Source of the DNA: Eledone cirrhosa
Taxonomy: Eukaryota
DNA length: 64,000 nt
Direction: 5' to 3'
Assembly (NCBI GenBank): GCA_964016885.1
Contig: OZ024743.1
Location: 284,208,001 to 284,272,000, forward strand
Part shown: piece by piece, positions 27,242-41,687 of the stretch
How positions within the stretch are numbered: the stretch's first letter is position 1
Layout: every line of letters starts with the position of its first letter
Program-made: the position numbers and the translations under genes
The notes under the pieces: model-generated
What the model was told of the DNA's origin: nothing
Seen by the model: the letters and a program-made list of their open reading frames with translations, nothing else
Database searches by the model: none

Positions 27242-29700
27242 TGAAGGATCCCACAGCCAGTAAGAAATTCAGACATTACTTGATGCTTTTGACAGCAATT
27301 AGAGACATACAATATAGAGGATCAGTGGGAATTCATGAAAGATAACCTACTGAAGGTGACAAACAAAATCTGTGGTTGGAGCAAGCCTCTAGGGAGGAGG
27401 AGAGTGACTTGGTGATGGAAACAATTAAGGCCAAAAGACAGGCATAGAAACAATGGCGAGAGGGGGGCAGTAGAAAACACTACCAGGAGGCTAAGAGAGA
27501 AGCTAGGTGACAAGTGCATTTTGCAAGAGAAGAAGCAGAAAAAAAATTTAAGCACATCCTACAATGCAAGGACCAAAGACATGAGATGTTCAGGATTGCG
27601 AGGCAATGAGTCAGGGAAAATTGCCATGTTGTTGGGGAGAAGTGTATCCACGATGATAACGGAGTATTTGCCCTCACTGATGCTGAAAAGAAGGTAGCAT
27701 AGAAGTGCCACTATCAAAGATTACTAAATGAGGAGAATGAATGGGATGAAGATAGTTTGCCCCAAGTTGATCCAACAGAGAGACTGGCTGTGCAGGTTAG
27801 ATGTAGTATAGTAAATACAGCAATGAAAGATATGAAGACAGGCAAGGCAGCAGGACCCTCGCAGATAGTTGCTGAGATGTAGTATAGTAAATACAGCAAT
27901 GAAAGATATGAAGACAGGCAAGGCAGCAGGACCCTCGCAGATAGTTGCTGAGATGTAGTATAGTAAATACAGCAATGAAAGATATGAAGATAGGCAAGGC
28001 AGCAGGACCTTCGCAGATAGTTGCTGAGATGTTGTATAGTAAATACAGCAATGAAAGATATGAAGATAGGCAAGGCAGCAGGACCTTCGCAGATAGTTGC
28101 TGAGATGTAGTATAGTAAATACAGCAATGAAAGATATGAAGATAGGCAAGGCAGCAGGACCTTCGCAGATAGTTGCTGAGATGTAGTATAGTAAATACAG
28201 CAATGAAAGATATGCAGATAGGCAAGGCAGCAGGACCTTCGCAGATAGTTGCTGAGATGCTGAAAACATCTGGGATCATGGGTCACACCATAGTCACCTG
28301 TATTGTAAATCAAGTAATACAAAATGGTGTCATATCAAATGACTGGCATAGCAGCATCATCATTAGCTGCTACAAGAGCAAAGGGGATGCTCTAGATAGA
28401 GAAGACTATAGAGGCATTAAGTTGGTTAAGCAGGTCATGAAGGTCACAGAAAGAGTTATCGCACAGCTGATTAGAGACCGAGTTAACTTTGATGTAAAGG
28501 AGTTTGGATTCGTGCCAAGTAAAAGTACCACGGATGTGCTCTTCCTCATGAAGCAACTGCAGAAGAAGTACATAGCTAAAAGTAAATCCCTCTACTTAGC
28601 TTTTGTTGACTTGGAGAAAGCCTTTGACAGAGTCCACAGTTCCATTTTCAGGGATTTTAGAAAACGAGGAGTAGATGAGTATAGAGGAACAGTCAGTAAG
28701 GTTAGAATTAACAATGACTATAGTGAAGAATTTAGTGTGCAGGTAGGTGTCCATCAGGGCTTTGTCCTTAGCCTTCTCCTGTTTGTTATTGCCCTACAGG
28801 CTATAACAGAAGTATTTAAGACTGACTGCCCATGGGAACTTCTGAATGCATATGATCTAACCTTCATAGCTGAATCTATGGCAGAATTAAAGAAGAAATT
28901 CCAAACCTGGAAGCATGGCCTAGAATCAAAAGGTCTTGAAGTTAACTTGTCAAAGACTAAAGTCCTAGTATGTATATAAAATGTAGGTTTCATATGTGGC
29001 CGATGCACAGGTGCAGTAAGTGGTAAGTGCCCACAGGATAATAGGTCCTAAAAATGCTCAGGTGGCTCTGTAGATATATTTGATAGTTTCCGTTACCTGG
29101 GTGACCAAATCAGCAGTGGAGGAGGGTGTTCGGAAAGTATAGTAGTCAGGCTGGACAAAGTTTATGGAGCTACTACATCGCTGTTAGCTACAAAAGGTTT
29201 TTTTCCTTAAAATGAAGGGCAGATTGTATGATACATGTATACGAACAACAATGTTGTATGGTACTGAGACCTGAGCACTGTGTGCAGAAGACATACAAAG
29301 ATTGGAAAGAAATGAAGCCTGCATCCTTCGATGGATGTGTAATATACGTGAATAGAAAGTGTAAATGAACTGAGATAGAAATTGGGCATAAGAGGGATCA
29401 GATACAGTATGCTAGAGACGTGATTGCATTGGTGTGGACATCTGATTTGTATGAAAGATGACAGCTGTACAAAAAGGTACATGGTGCTCAAAGTTGACAG
29501 AAGCTATGGAATAGGAAAACCTGGAATGAAGTGATAAAAGCTGACCTTACGCAATTATGCCTCTCAAAAACAATAACACAAGATCGAAACTTTGGTGTTA
29601 TGCAGTAATACAGAAGATGCACCTTTCGATGCGCACAAAATAAAACATACATCTAGTACCCGTTATGCAGTAATACAGAAGACCTGCCTTCCCATGGGCA
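27242..29700 (+). mobile_element. Older RTE LINE copy, 5'-truncated, with internal minisatellite and deletions
   Basis: ORF 28173-28979 is homologous to the RT of the other copies; most of the zinc-finger segment is deleted at ~28975. Confidence 0.9.
27799..28254 (+). repeat. 6 x 76-bp tandem repeat inside the RTE coding region
   Basis: Units start at 27799, 27875, 27951, 28027, 28103 and 28179 (agatgtagtatagtaaatacagcaatg...gatagttgctg). Confidence 0.97.
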
Positions 29701-30096
29701 CAGGCTGAAGCCGAAGCATATATATAATATGCACCACCCCCACCCTCCCATGAGGACAGGCTATAGCATACATCTAGTGAAGTCTCCAGCCTACACTGTT
29801 TTTTCCAGCACAGATTTTCTCAACTTGTGTTCCTTTGTCATCTCCTCTGTGAGGTTCAGCATTTTGAAATCTGCACTCATTACTTCAGCTTAGGTAGGTT
29901 TTTCTCTACTGCAGCTTCCTTCCATTGCATGATGAACATTTTCTGGAGATGTACATTTGTATATAGTGCAAAGTAGGGTCGTTATATTTAATATGCATAA
30001 CGAGAGTGTATATGAAAACACATATAAACATATATTATACGTTTATATACACTAAACATTTGAGTAGCCAAGCTAACATATATAGATAATATATAT

Positions 30097-30223
30097 AATT
30101 GTTACTACTTTAGGCACAAGGCCAGCAAATACCCAGTGCATTACTGGTTCTTTATTTTATTGACCCCATAAGGATGAAAGGCAAAGTCAACCTCAGCGGG
30201 ATTTGAACTCAGATCGTAAAGGA
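30097..30223 (-). mobile_element. SINE family A lacking its 5' part, abutting the (TA)n nest
   Basis: Matches the other A copies up to tcagatcgtaaagg, then runs into (TA)n. Confidence 0.85.
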
Positions 30224-30225
30224 TA

Positions 30226-30503
30226 TTATATATATATACATATAATATATACATATATATTATATATATATATAATATATATATACAATATATTATATAT
30301 ATATAATATATATACATATATATAATATATTATATATATATACATATATACATATATATAATATATTATATATATATACATATAATATATTATATATATA
30401 TATATATAATATATTATATATATATAATATATATAATATATATATATATAATATATTATATATATATAATATATAATATATATATATATATATATACATA
30501 TAT

Positions 30504-30542
<39 letters not shown>

Positions 30543-30543
30543 T

Positions 30544-30582
<39 letters not shown>

Positions 30583-30590
30583 TTATATAT
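30226..30590. repeat. (TA)n-rich array
   Basis: Direct reading. Confidence 0.95.
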
Positions 30591-33307
30591 AAAAGCATAT
30601 TACTTGATGCTTTCGACAGTAAGGAAGAGCATTTAGAGTCGGACAATATAGAGGGACAGTGGGAATTTCTGAAAGCAAACCTGCTGATGGCGACAGATGA
30701 AGTCTGTGGCTGGAGCAGGCCTGTTGGCAGGAGGAGAGTAACTTGGTGGTGGAACAGTAAGGTGGAGGAGTCAATCAAGGCCAAAAAGCAGGCTTGGAAA
30801 GTATGGCAGGATGGAGGAAGTAGAGAAGACTATCAAGTGGCCAGGAAGGAAGCTAGGAGACAAGTGTACTTCGCAAGAAGGGAAGCAGAGGAAAGAAAGT
30901 TCAAGCATGTTCTACAACGCGAGGACCAAAAACGTGAGGTGTTCAGGATTGCTAGACAATGTGTCAAGGAAAACCGTGATATTGTCGGGGAGAAGTGTGT
31001 ACTTAATGATGACGGCATACTTGCCATCACCGATGCTGATAAGAAGGTAGCTTGGAAGTGTCACTATGAAAGGCTACTAAATGAGGAGAATAAATGGGAG
31101 AAAGACAGTCTCCCCCACATCGACCCAATAGAAGGACCAGCAGTGTTAGTCGAGGGTAGTATAATAAGTAAGGCAATCAAAGATATGAAGACGGGTAAGG
31201 CGGCTGGGCCTTCGGAAATAGTTGCCGAGATGCTGAAGGCATCTGGTACGGTGGGACACACCATGGTCACCCGGATAGTCAACCAAGTCATACAGAATGG
31301 GGCTGTTCCGAAGGACTGGCGTAGCAGCATCATCGTTAACTGCTATAAGGGAAAAGGAGATGCCCTAGATAGGAGTAACTATAGAGGCATTAAATTAATC
31401 GACCAGGTCATGAAGGTCACGGAAAAAGTAATAGCGCAACTAATCAGAGAGAGAATTGATCTAGATGAAATGCAGTTCGGGTTTGTGTCAGGCAAAAGTA
31501 CCACAGACGCTCTTTTCATTGTACGACAACTACAGGAGAAGTACTTAGCTAAAAGTAAACCCCTATACTTAGCTTTCGTCGACTTGGAGAAAGCCTTCGA
31601 CAGAGTCCCCGTTCCATTATCTGGTGGTCTCTTAGAAAACTAGGTGTTGACGAATGGCTTGTGAGAGCTATACAAGCCATGTATAAAGAAACAGTCAGTA
31701 AGGTTAGAATTAACAACGAATATAGTGAAGAGTTTAGCGTAAAAGTTGGTGTCCATCAGGGCTCTGTTCTTAGCCCCCTACTATTTATTATTGCCCTTCA
31801 GGCTATAACAGAGGAGTTCAAGACCGGCTGCCCATGGGAACTCCTATACGCAGATGATCTAACGCTCATAGCTGAATCAATGAGCGAACTAGAGAAGAAA
31901 TTCCAAACATGGAAGCACGGCCTAGAATCAAAAGGCCTTAAAATTAACCTGGCTAAGACAAAAGTTCTAGTTTGTAGGAAAGAAAATATGGCGGCAGTCC
32001 CATCTGGGAAATGGCCATGCTCAGTGTGTAGGAAAGGCGTAGGTAGAAACTCCATTTTATGTCCCAAATGCAAAGTATGGGTGCATAAAAGATGTAGTGG
32101 GATCACAGGTAAGCTAACTAAGAACATAGATTTTACATGTGGCCGGTGCTCTGGTGCAATAAGTAGCAGCAAGTGCCCACAAAATACTAGCTCCTTCAAC
32201 TGCGCAGAGGGTTCTATAGAAATAGTGGACAGCTTCCGTTACCTGGGTGACAAAATCAGCAGTGGGGGAGGGTGCTCTGAAAGTACAGTAGCTAGAGTCA
32301 GAACTGGATGGAAAAAGTTCAGAGAGCTTATACCACTATTAGCCGCTAGAGGGTTCTCCCTAAAAATGAAAGGCAGGTTATACGATGCCTGCATACGAAC
32401 AGCAATGCTGCATGGCAGTGAGACCTGGGCATTGTGTGCAGAGGATATACGCAGACTAGAGAGGAACGAAGCTTGCATGCTCCGCTGGATGTGCAATAGT
32501 AATATACGTGAACGGCAAAGCATAAACGAACTAAGGAAAAAATTAGAAATAAGAGGGATCAGATGTTGTTTACTCGAGAGAAGGCTACGTTGGTACGGTC
32601 ACGTGATGCGCATGAAAGACGACAGCTGTATAACAAAGTGCAGGGCAATAAAGATAGACGGTAGCCACGGAGTAGGCAGACCCAGAAAAACATGGGACGA
32701 GCTGATAAATTCCAACCTCACACGCTTACACCTCTCCAAGACAATTTCACTGGACCGAGACCTTTGGCGGTACTCAGTAATAGAGAAGACCCGCCTTACC
32801 TAAATACAAAGTAAAAACCTACTACAGTCAGTAGGCATCTCTATCAAAACACCCCCCGTCCCACCACCTCCACCCCATCGACACCGCCCCTTTCAATGTA
32901 CAGTTATGTTGGTCCCACAACATCCAGGCCGAAACAAATGAGATCGTGTAGGTGTCACGACAAAAAAACACACAGTCCACGCTGTAAATGTGGCCGTGTA
33001 GGCAACACGGTAAAAACCTCCCAGCCCCACACTGTAAATGTGGTTGGTGTTAGGAAGGGCATCCAGCTGTAGAAAACCCGCCAGACAGTCCACGCTGTAA
33101 TGTGGCCGTGTAGGCAACACGGTAAAAACCTCCCAGCCCCACACTGTAAATGTGGTTGGTGTTAGGAAGGGCATCCAACTGTAGAAAACCCGCCAGACAG
33201 TCCTATGCGAGCAAGACAACCACTCTTGCCTCAAGTGGGAAAACCCCCGTCCAAACCCATGCAAGCGTGGAACACGGACGCTAAGCCTGATGATGATGAT
33301 GATGATG
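30591..33307 (+). mobile_element. Young RTE LINE, 5'-truncated, one frameshift (~31610), duplicated 3'UTR module
   Basis: ORFs 30687-31643 and 31661-32803; (GAT)n tail; both ends in (TA)n. Confidence 0.95.
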
Positions 33308-34320
<1,013 letters not shown>

Positions 34321-34448
34321 GGAAAGTTATATTTAAATTGTTGGGTTAACAACGAGTAAATATTTATAACTGATATAAAAGCACTCAACAAGTATTTGGA
34401 GTATATTTATGATATTAAATAAATGGAAACTATATTTATAAAACCATA

Positions 34449-34520
34449 TTTATTTCGTTATATATATTTCAGGGATATCATATTAACAATATGTTATGCC
34501 TTCTTCAGACAAAATACAAT
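34449..34520 (-). ncRNA. Type I hammerhead ribozyme-like motif in a ~275-bp island (34321-34595) inside (TA)n
   Basis: tattttgt CTGAAGA aggcataacatatt-gtt-aatatgatatccct GAAA t-atat-a TA acgaaata. 8-bp stem I (one G-U), long stem II, palindromic loop III, AUA site. Confidence 0.75.
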
Positions 34521-34595
34521 ATAAACAGTCTTATAAATAAATAGATACGACATACCTTTCAATCACCTTGCATTTGGGAGGTTGATTTGGCAGTT

Positions 34596-35270
<675 letters not shown>

Positions 35271-37668
35271 CAATTAAGGCCAAAAAGCAGGCTTGGAAAG
35301 TATGGCGGGATGGGGGAAGTAGAGTAGACTATCAAGTGGCCAGGAGGGAAGCTAGGAGAGAAGTGTACTTAGCAAGAAGGGAAGCTGAGGAAAGAAAGTT
35401 CAAGCATGTTCTACAACGCGATGACCAAAAACGTGAGGTGTTCAGGATTGCCAGGCAATGCGTCAAGGAAAACCGTGATATTGTCGGGGAGAAGTGTGTA
35501 CTTAACGATGATGGCATACTTGCCATCACCGACACTGATAAGAAGGTAGCTTGGAAGTGTCACTATGAAAGGCTACTAAACGAGGAGAATAAATGGGAGA
35601 AAGACAGTCTCCCCCATATCGACCCGATAGAGGGACCTGCAGTGTTAGTCGAGGGGAGTATAATAAGTAAAGCAATCAAGGATATGAAGACTGGTAAGGC
35701 GGCTGGGCCTTCGGAAATAGTTGCTGAGATGCTGAAGGCATCTGGCACGGTGGGACACACCATGGTCACCCGCATAGTTAACCAAGTCGTACAGAATGGG
35801 GTTGTTCCGAAGGACTGGCATAGCAGCATCATCGTTAACTGTTATAAGGGTAAAGGAGACGCCCTAGATAGGAGTAACTATAGAGGCATTAAATTAATCG
35901 ACCAGGTCATGAAGGTCACGGAAAAAGTAATAGCGCAACTAATCAGAGAGAGAATTGATCTAGATGAAATGCAGTTCGGGTTTGTGTCAGGCAAAAGCAC
36001 CACAGACGCTCTTTTCATAGTACGACAACTACAGGAGAAGTACCTAGCTAAAGGTAAACCCCTCTACTTAGCTTTTGTCGACCTGGAGAAAGCCTTCGAC
36101 AGAGTCCCCCGCTCCATTATCTGGTGGGCTCTTAGAAAACTAGGCGTTGACGAATGGCTTGTGAGGGCTATACAAGCCATGTATAAAGAAACAGTCAGCA
36201 AGGTTAGAATTAACAACGAATATAGTGAAGAGTTTAGCGTAAAAGTTGGCGTCCATCAGGGCTCTGTTCTCAGCCCCCTACTATTTATTATTGCCCTTCA
36301 GGCTATAACAGAGGAGTTCAAGACAGGCTGCCCATGGGAACTCCTATACGCAGACGACCTGACACTCATAGCGGAATCAATGGCCGAGCTAGAGAAGAAA
36401 TTCCAAACATGGAAGCACGGCCTAGAGTCAAAAGGACTTAAAATTAACCTGGCTAAGACCAAAGTTCTAGTTTGTAGGAAAGAAAACAAGGCGGCGGTCC
36501 CTTCTGGGAAATGGTCGTGCTCGGTATGTAGGAAAGGCGTAGGTAGAAACTCCATCTTATGTCCTAAATGCAAAGTATGGGTGCATAAAAGATGTAGTGG
36601 GATCACAGGTAAGCTAACTAAGAACATAGACTTTACATGTGGCCGGTGTTCTGGTGCAATAAGTAGCAGCAAGTGCCCACAAAATACTAGCTCTTTCAAT
36701 TGCGCAGAGGGTTCTATAGAAATAGTGGACAGCTTCCGTTACCTGGGCGATAAAATCAGCAGTGGGGGAGGGTGCTCTGAAAGTACTGTAGCTAGAGTCA
36801 GAACTGGTTGGAAAAAGTTCAGAGAGCTGATACCACTATTAGCTGCTAAAGGGTTCTCCCTAAAAATGAAAGGCAGGTTGTACGATGCCTGCATACGAAC
36901 AGCAATGTTGCATGGTAGTGAGACCTGGGCATTGTGTGCAGAGGATATACGCAGACTAGAGAGGAACGAAGCTTGCATGCTCCGCTGGATGTGTAACAGT
37001 AATATACGTGAACGGCAAAGCATAAACGAACTAAGGAAAAAATTAGAGATAAGAGGAATCAGATGTTGTTTACTCGAGAGAAGGCTGCGTTGGTATGGAC
37101 ACGTGATGCGCATGAAAGTCGATAGCTGTATTACAAAGTGCAGGGCAATAAAGATAGACGGTAGCCACGGAATAGGCAGACCTAGAAAAACATGGGATGA
37201 GCTGATAAACTCCGACCTCACACACTTACACCTCTCCAAGACAATGTCACTGGACCGTGACCTTTGGCGGTACTCAGTAACAGAGAAGACCCGCCTTGCC
37301 AGTAGGCATCTCTAACAAACTACACCCCGTCCCGCCACCCCCCCCCACCCCATCCACACCACCCCGTTCTATGTAAAGTTATGTTGGTGCCGCGCCATCC
37401 AGGCCGAAACAAATGAGATCGTGTAGGTGTCACGACAAAAAAACACACAGTCCACGCTGTAATGTGGCCGTGTAGGCAACACGGTAAAAACCTCCCAGAC
37501 CCACACTGTAAATGTGGTTGGTGTTAGGAAGGGCATCCAACTGTAGAAAACCTGCCAGACAGTCCTATGCGAGCAAGACAATCACTCTTGCCTCAAGTGG
37601 GACTACCCCCGTCCAAACCCATGCAAGCGTGGAACACGGACGTTAAACGTTGATGATGATGATGATGA

Positions 37669-37672
<4 letters not shown>
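35271..37672 (+). mobile_element. Young RTE LINE, 5'-truncated, with uninterrupted RT reading frame
   Basis: Starts abruptly in (TA)n at caattaaggcc and ends (GAT)n-(TA)n. Confidence 0.95.
35336..37315 (+). CDS. RTE reverse transcriptase with embedded PHD-type finger (no endonuclease, truncated copy)
   Basis: 659-aa open frame with KAAGP, NYRGI, QFGF, FVDLEKAFD, GVHQGSVLSP, YADD, FRYLG, RLRWYGHV and GRPRKTW motifs. Expression not implied. Confidence 0.85.
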   Translation: MARREARREVYLARREAEERKFKHVLQRDDQKREVFRIARQCVKENRDIVGEKCVLNDDGILAITDTDKKVAWKCHYERLLNEENKWEKDSLPHIDPIEGPAVLVEGSIISKAIKDMKTGKAAGPSEIVAEMLKASGTVGHTMVTRIVNQVVQNGVVPKDWHSSIIVNCYKGKGDALDRSNYRGIKLIDQVMKVTEKVIAQLIRERIDLDEMQFGFVSGKSTTDALFIVRQLQEKYLAKGKPLYLAFVDLEKAFDRVPRSIIWWALRKLGVDEWLVRAIQAMYKETVSKVRINNEYSEEFSVKVGVHQGSVLSPLLFIIALQAITEEFKTGCPWELLYADDLTLIAESMAELEKKFQTWKHGLESKGLKINLAKTKVLVCRKENKAAVPSGKWSCSVCRKGVGRNSILCPKCKVWVHKRCSGITGKLTKNIDFTCGRCSGAISSSKCPQNTSSFNCAEGSIEIVDSFRYLGDKISSGGGCSESTVARVRTGWKKFRELIPLLAAKGFSLKMKGRLYDACIRTAMLHGSETWALCAEDIRRLERNEACMLRWMCNSNIRERQSINELRKKLEIRGIRCCLLERRLRWYGHVMRMKVDSCITKCRAIKIDGSHGIGRPRKTWDELINSDLTHLHLSKTMSLDRDLWRYSVTEKTRLASRHL

Positions 37673-37725
<53 letters not shown>

Positions 37726-37817
37726 TATATATATAATATATATATAAATATAATATATATATATAATATATATATATATATAAATATATATATATATAAA
37801 TATATATATAAATATAA

Positions 37818-37913
<96 letters not shown>

Positions 37914-37952
37914 ATATATATATATATTATATATATATATATAATATATATA

Positions 37953-38014
<62 letters not shown>

Positions 38015-38055
38015 ATATATATATATATATTATATATATATATATAATATATATA

Positions 38056-38086
<31 letters not shown>

Positions 38087-38449
38087 AATATAACGAAGGA
38101 AATGTGGTAAGGAACCAGGTGGACCATAACGCACCAAAGTACTCAATACTTGAGGTAGTAGAGTGGGTAATAGGAACCAGTAAGACCCCGACAGCTGAGC
38201 TCAAGCCGTTTCGACGGCTAATTCTGGACTCTATTCTGGACTATATTATATATATATATATATATATAATATATATAATTATATATATTATATATTATAT
38301 TATATATATATAATTATATATATATATATATAATATCTATTCTGGACTATATTATATATATATATATATATAATATATATATATATAATATATATATAAT
38401 ATATATATATAATATATATATATATATAATATATATATATATAATATAT

Positions 38450-38490
<41 letters not shown>
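37673..38490. repeat. (TA)n arrays containing a 150-bp unique island (38092-38243)
   Basis: Direct reading. Confidence 0.9.
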
Positions 38491-38499
<9 letters not shown>

Positions 38500-38544
38500 T
38501 AAACAAATAATGAACAAACAATTCCTTATATTAAACAAAAAAAG

Positions 38545-38699
38545 TTCACTATTTAACGATCGTTTCTAGGGCATATATGTGTTATAATTGGTATGCATAT
38601 TTAACAGATCTATGTACAAAATTATACAAAATTATACAAATTATCAAGATTAAATATACATACCTAACTCATATATACGCCGTCTTCAGAAATAATGAA
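38545..38699 (-). ncRNA. Type I hammerhead-like motif with long stem II (left-arm copy)
   Basis: Reverse complement of 41533-41687. Confidence 0.65.
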
Positions 38700-39459
38700 G
38701 TATATTTATTGATAATAACAACAATTCAAAATGTCAGTTCAAAATTGACCAATGAAAACACAAAGGGTTAAAAGCAGTTTGGTGTGTGTATATACATGCA
38801 AAAACCTTACACATATTTTACAATAATGTGTGTATAATTTGTATGTGTATACTAAAAAGATGGATGTAAACACAAAATTTCAAGGTTAATATCTCTGTAA
38901 GCTTAATGCGCTGATAAGATACGCAAAGATACTTATGGAGTCAAGCATATAAATATATTTTTTTCATACTCACACATATCAGTATAATCACACATACATG
39001 TGCGTATATGCATAAATATACACATAACCACGAACATACAAACACACACACTCCCCCACTCACATTTATATATGTGGATATAAAATCATAAGCAAATAGA
39101 AATTAAGTCACTCACATAAAAACACTGGTACACACATTTCAAGATCAAGATACAGAAATTAGGTGGGAGGGGGGGGGGAGGGGTCAGTATTAGATTGTCA
39201 GACCAGACAGCCTAAAATAAATGTATCTATAAATTAAGAAAAATAAAAAAATAAAAATAAAAACAATAAAATAAATGTACATACACATACAGATATACAT
39301 ACACATACATACATGTACACGCACATAGAGATATCTACACATACATACATACACACATACCTATACTGTCATACACACACATACATTTACACGAACATAC
39401 ACATACACATATAAAAAGATATAAATACACACACACTCACGCGCAACACATACACACAT

Positions 39460-39502
<43 letters not shown>

Positions 39503-39523
39503 TATACACACACACATAGACTC

Positions 39524-39555
<32 letters not shown>

Positions 39556-39663
39556 ATACAAACATATATATCCCCACACTCATACCACCATAAATATACA
39601 TACAAACACCCACATGTATATATATATATATATATATACATATCCACATACACACACGTACAC

Positions 39664-39694
<31 letters not shown>

Positions 39695-39733
39695 TACACA
39701 TATATATATACACACACATAAAAAACAGACATG

Positions 39734-39764
<31 letters not shown>

Positions 39765-40022
39765 TTCATTACTCTTATATATACACATAGTATATATACA
39801 TACACAACCTCACTTATACACATATACACATAAGTTATATTACAATAATAATAAAGAATAATATATATATATATATATACATATATACACACATATACAT
39901 ATATACATATACATATATATATACACACACATACATACACATACATACATACACCTAAACATATACATACATAAATATACACATACGAATAAAGACATAT
40001 ATTCACACATAGATACGCATAT

Positions 40023-40058
<36 letters not shown>

Positions 40059-40679
40059 ATATATATACACATACATACATACATATATATACACATATAT
40101 ATACACATACACACACACACACACACACAGACACACATACACACTCACATATACATATATATATATGTGTATGTGAGTGTGCGCAAATACATATATATAT
40201 ACACACACACATACAAACACACACAAACACATACATATGCATATATGCACACACACACACATGTATCACATAGATACGAAGATAAACATATAAATAGAGA
40301 GACATACGAATATATACAGAACCCATATACACATACATACAACCACGCATATACATATATATACATATATACACATATATATATTCCTATATACAAGCAT
40401 ACACATACATACACATATATACATATACATACACATATACATACCACACATTCACATACACATATATATATAATACATATATATACATATATATACATAC
40501 ATATGTATGTACAATCAATATGTGTATATATATATGTGTATGTGTATATGTATGTATATATATATATATATGTGTACGTGTGTGTATGTGGATATGTATA
40601 TATATATATATATATATACATGTGGGTGTTTGTATGTATATTTATGGTGGTATGAGTGTGGGGATATATATGTTTGTAT

Positions 40680-40711
<32 letters not shown>

Positions 40712-40732
40712 GAGTCTATGTGTGTGTGTATA

Positions 40733-40773
<41 letters not shown>

Positions 40774-41532
40774 ATGTGTGTATGTGTTGCGCGTGAGTGT
40801 GTGTGTATTTATATCTTTTTATATGTGTATGTGTATGTTCGTGTAAATGTATGTGTGTGTATGACAGTATAGGTATGTGTGTATGTATGTATGTGTAGAT
40901 ATCTCTATGTGCGTGTACATGTATGTATGTGTATGTATATCTGTATGTGTATGTACATTTATTTTATTGTTTTTATTTTTATTTTTTTATTTTTCTTAAT
41001 TTATAGATACATTTATTTTAGGCTGTCTGGTCTGACAATCTAATACTGACCCCTCCCCCCCCCTCCCACCTAATTTCTGTATCTTGATCTTGAAATGTGT
41101 GTACCAGTGTTTTTATGTGAGTGACTTAATTTCTATTTGCTTATGATTTTATATCCACATATATAAATGTGAGTGGGGGAGTGTGTGTGTTTGTATGTTC
41201 GTGGTTATGTGTATATTTATGCATATACGCACATGTATGTGTGATTATACTGATATGTGTGAGTATGAAAAAAATATATTTATATGCTTGACTCCATAAG
41301 TATCTTTGCGTATCTTATCAGCGCATTAAGCTTACAGAGATATTAACCTTGAAATTTTGTGTTTACATCCATCTTTTTAGTATACACATACAAATTATAC
41401 ACACATTATTGTAAAATATGTGTAAGGTTTTTGCATGTATATACACACACCAAACTGCTTTTAACCCTTTGTGTTTTCATTGGTCAATTTTGAACTGACA
41501 TTTTGAATTGTTGTTATTATCAATAAATATAC

Positions 41533-41687
41533 TTCATTATTTCTGAAGACGGCGTATATATGAGTTAGGTATGTATATTTAATCTTGATAATTTGTATAA
41601 TTTTGTATAATTTTGTACATAGATCTGTTAAATATGCATACCAATTATAACACATATATGCCCTAGAAACGATCGTTAAATAGTGAA
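41533..41687 (+). ncRNA. Type I hammerhead-like motif with long stem II (right-arm copy)
   Basis: ttcattattt CTGAAGA [c ggcgtatat..ggtatgtatatttaa...ttaaatatgcatacc..atatatgcc cta] GAAA c-gatc-g TT aaatagtgaa. 10-bp stem I, palindromic loop III, non-canonical base of stem II. Confidence 0.65.

Noticed and set aside
27799-28254. CRISPR-like regular array
   Set aside because: Head-to-tail units with no spacers, derived from LINE coding sequence in a eukaryote.
38577-41655. Identical 64-aa ORFs on opposite strands
   Set aside because: By-product of the inverted repeat; no protein features.
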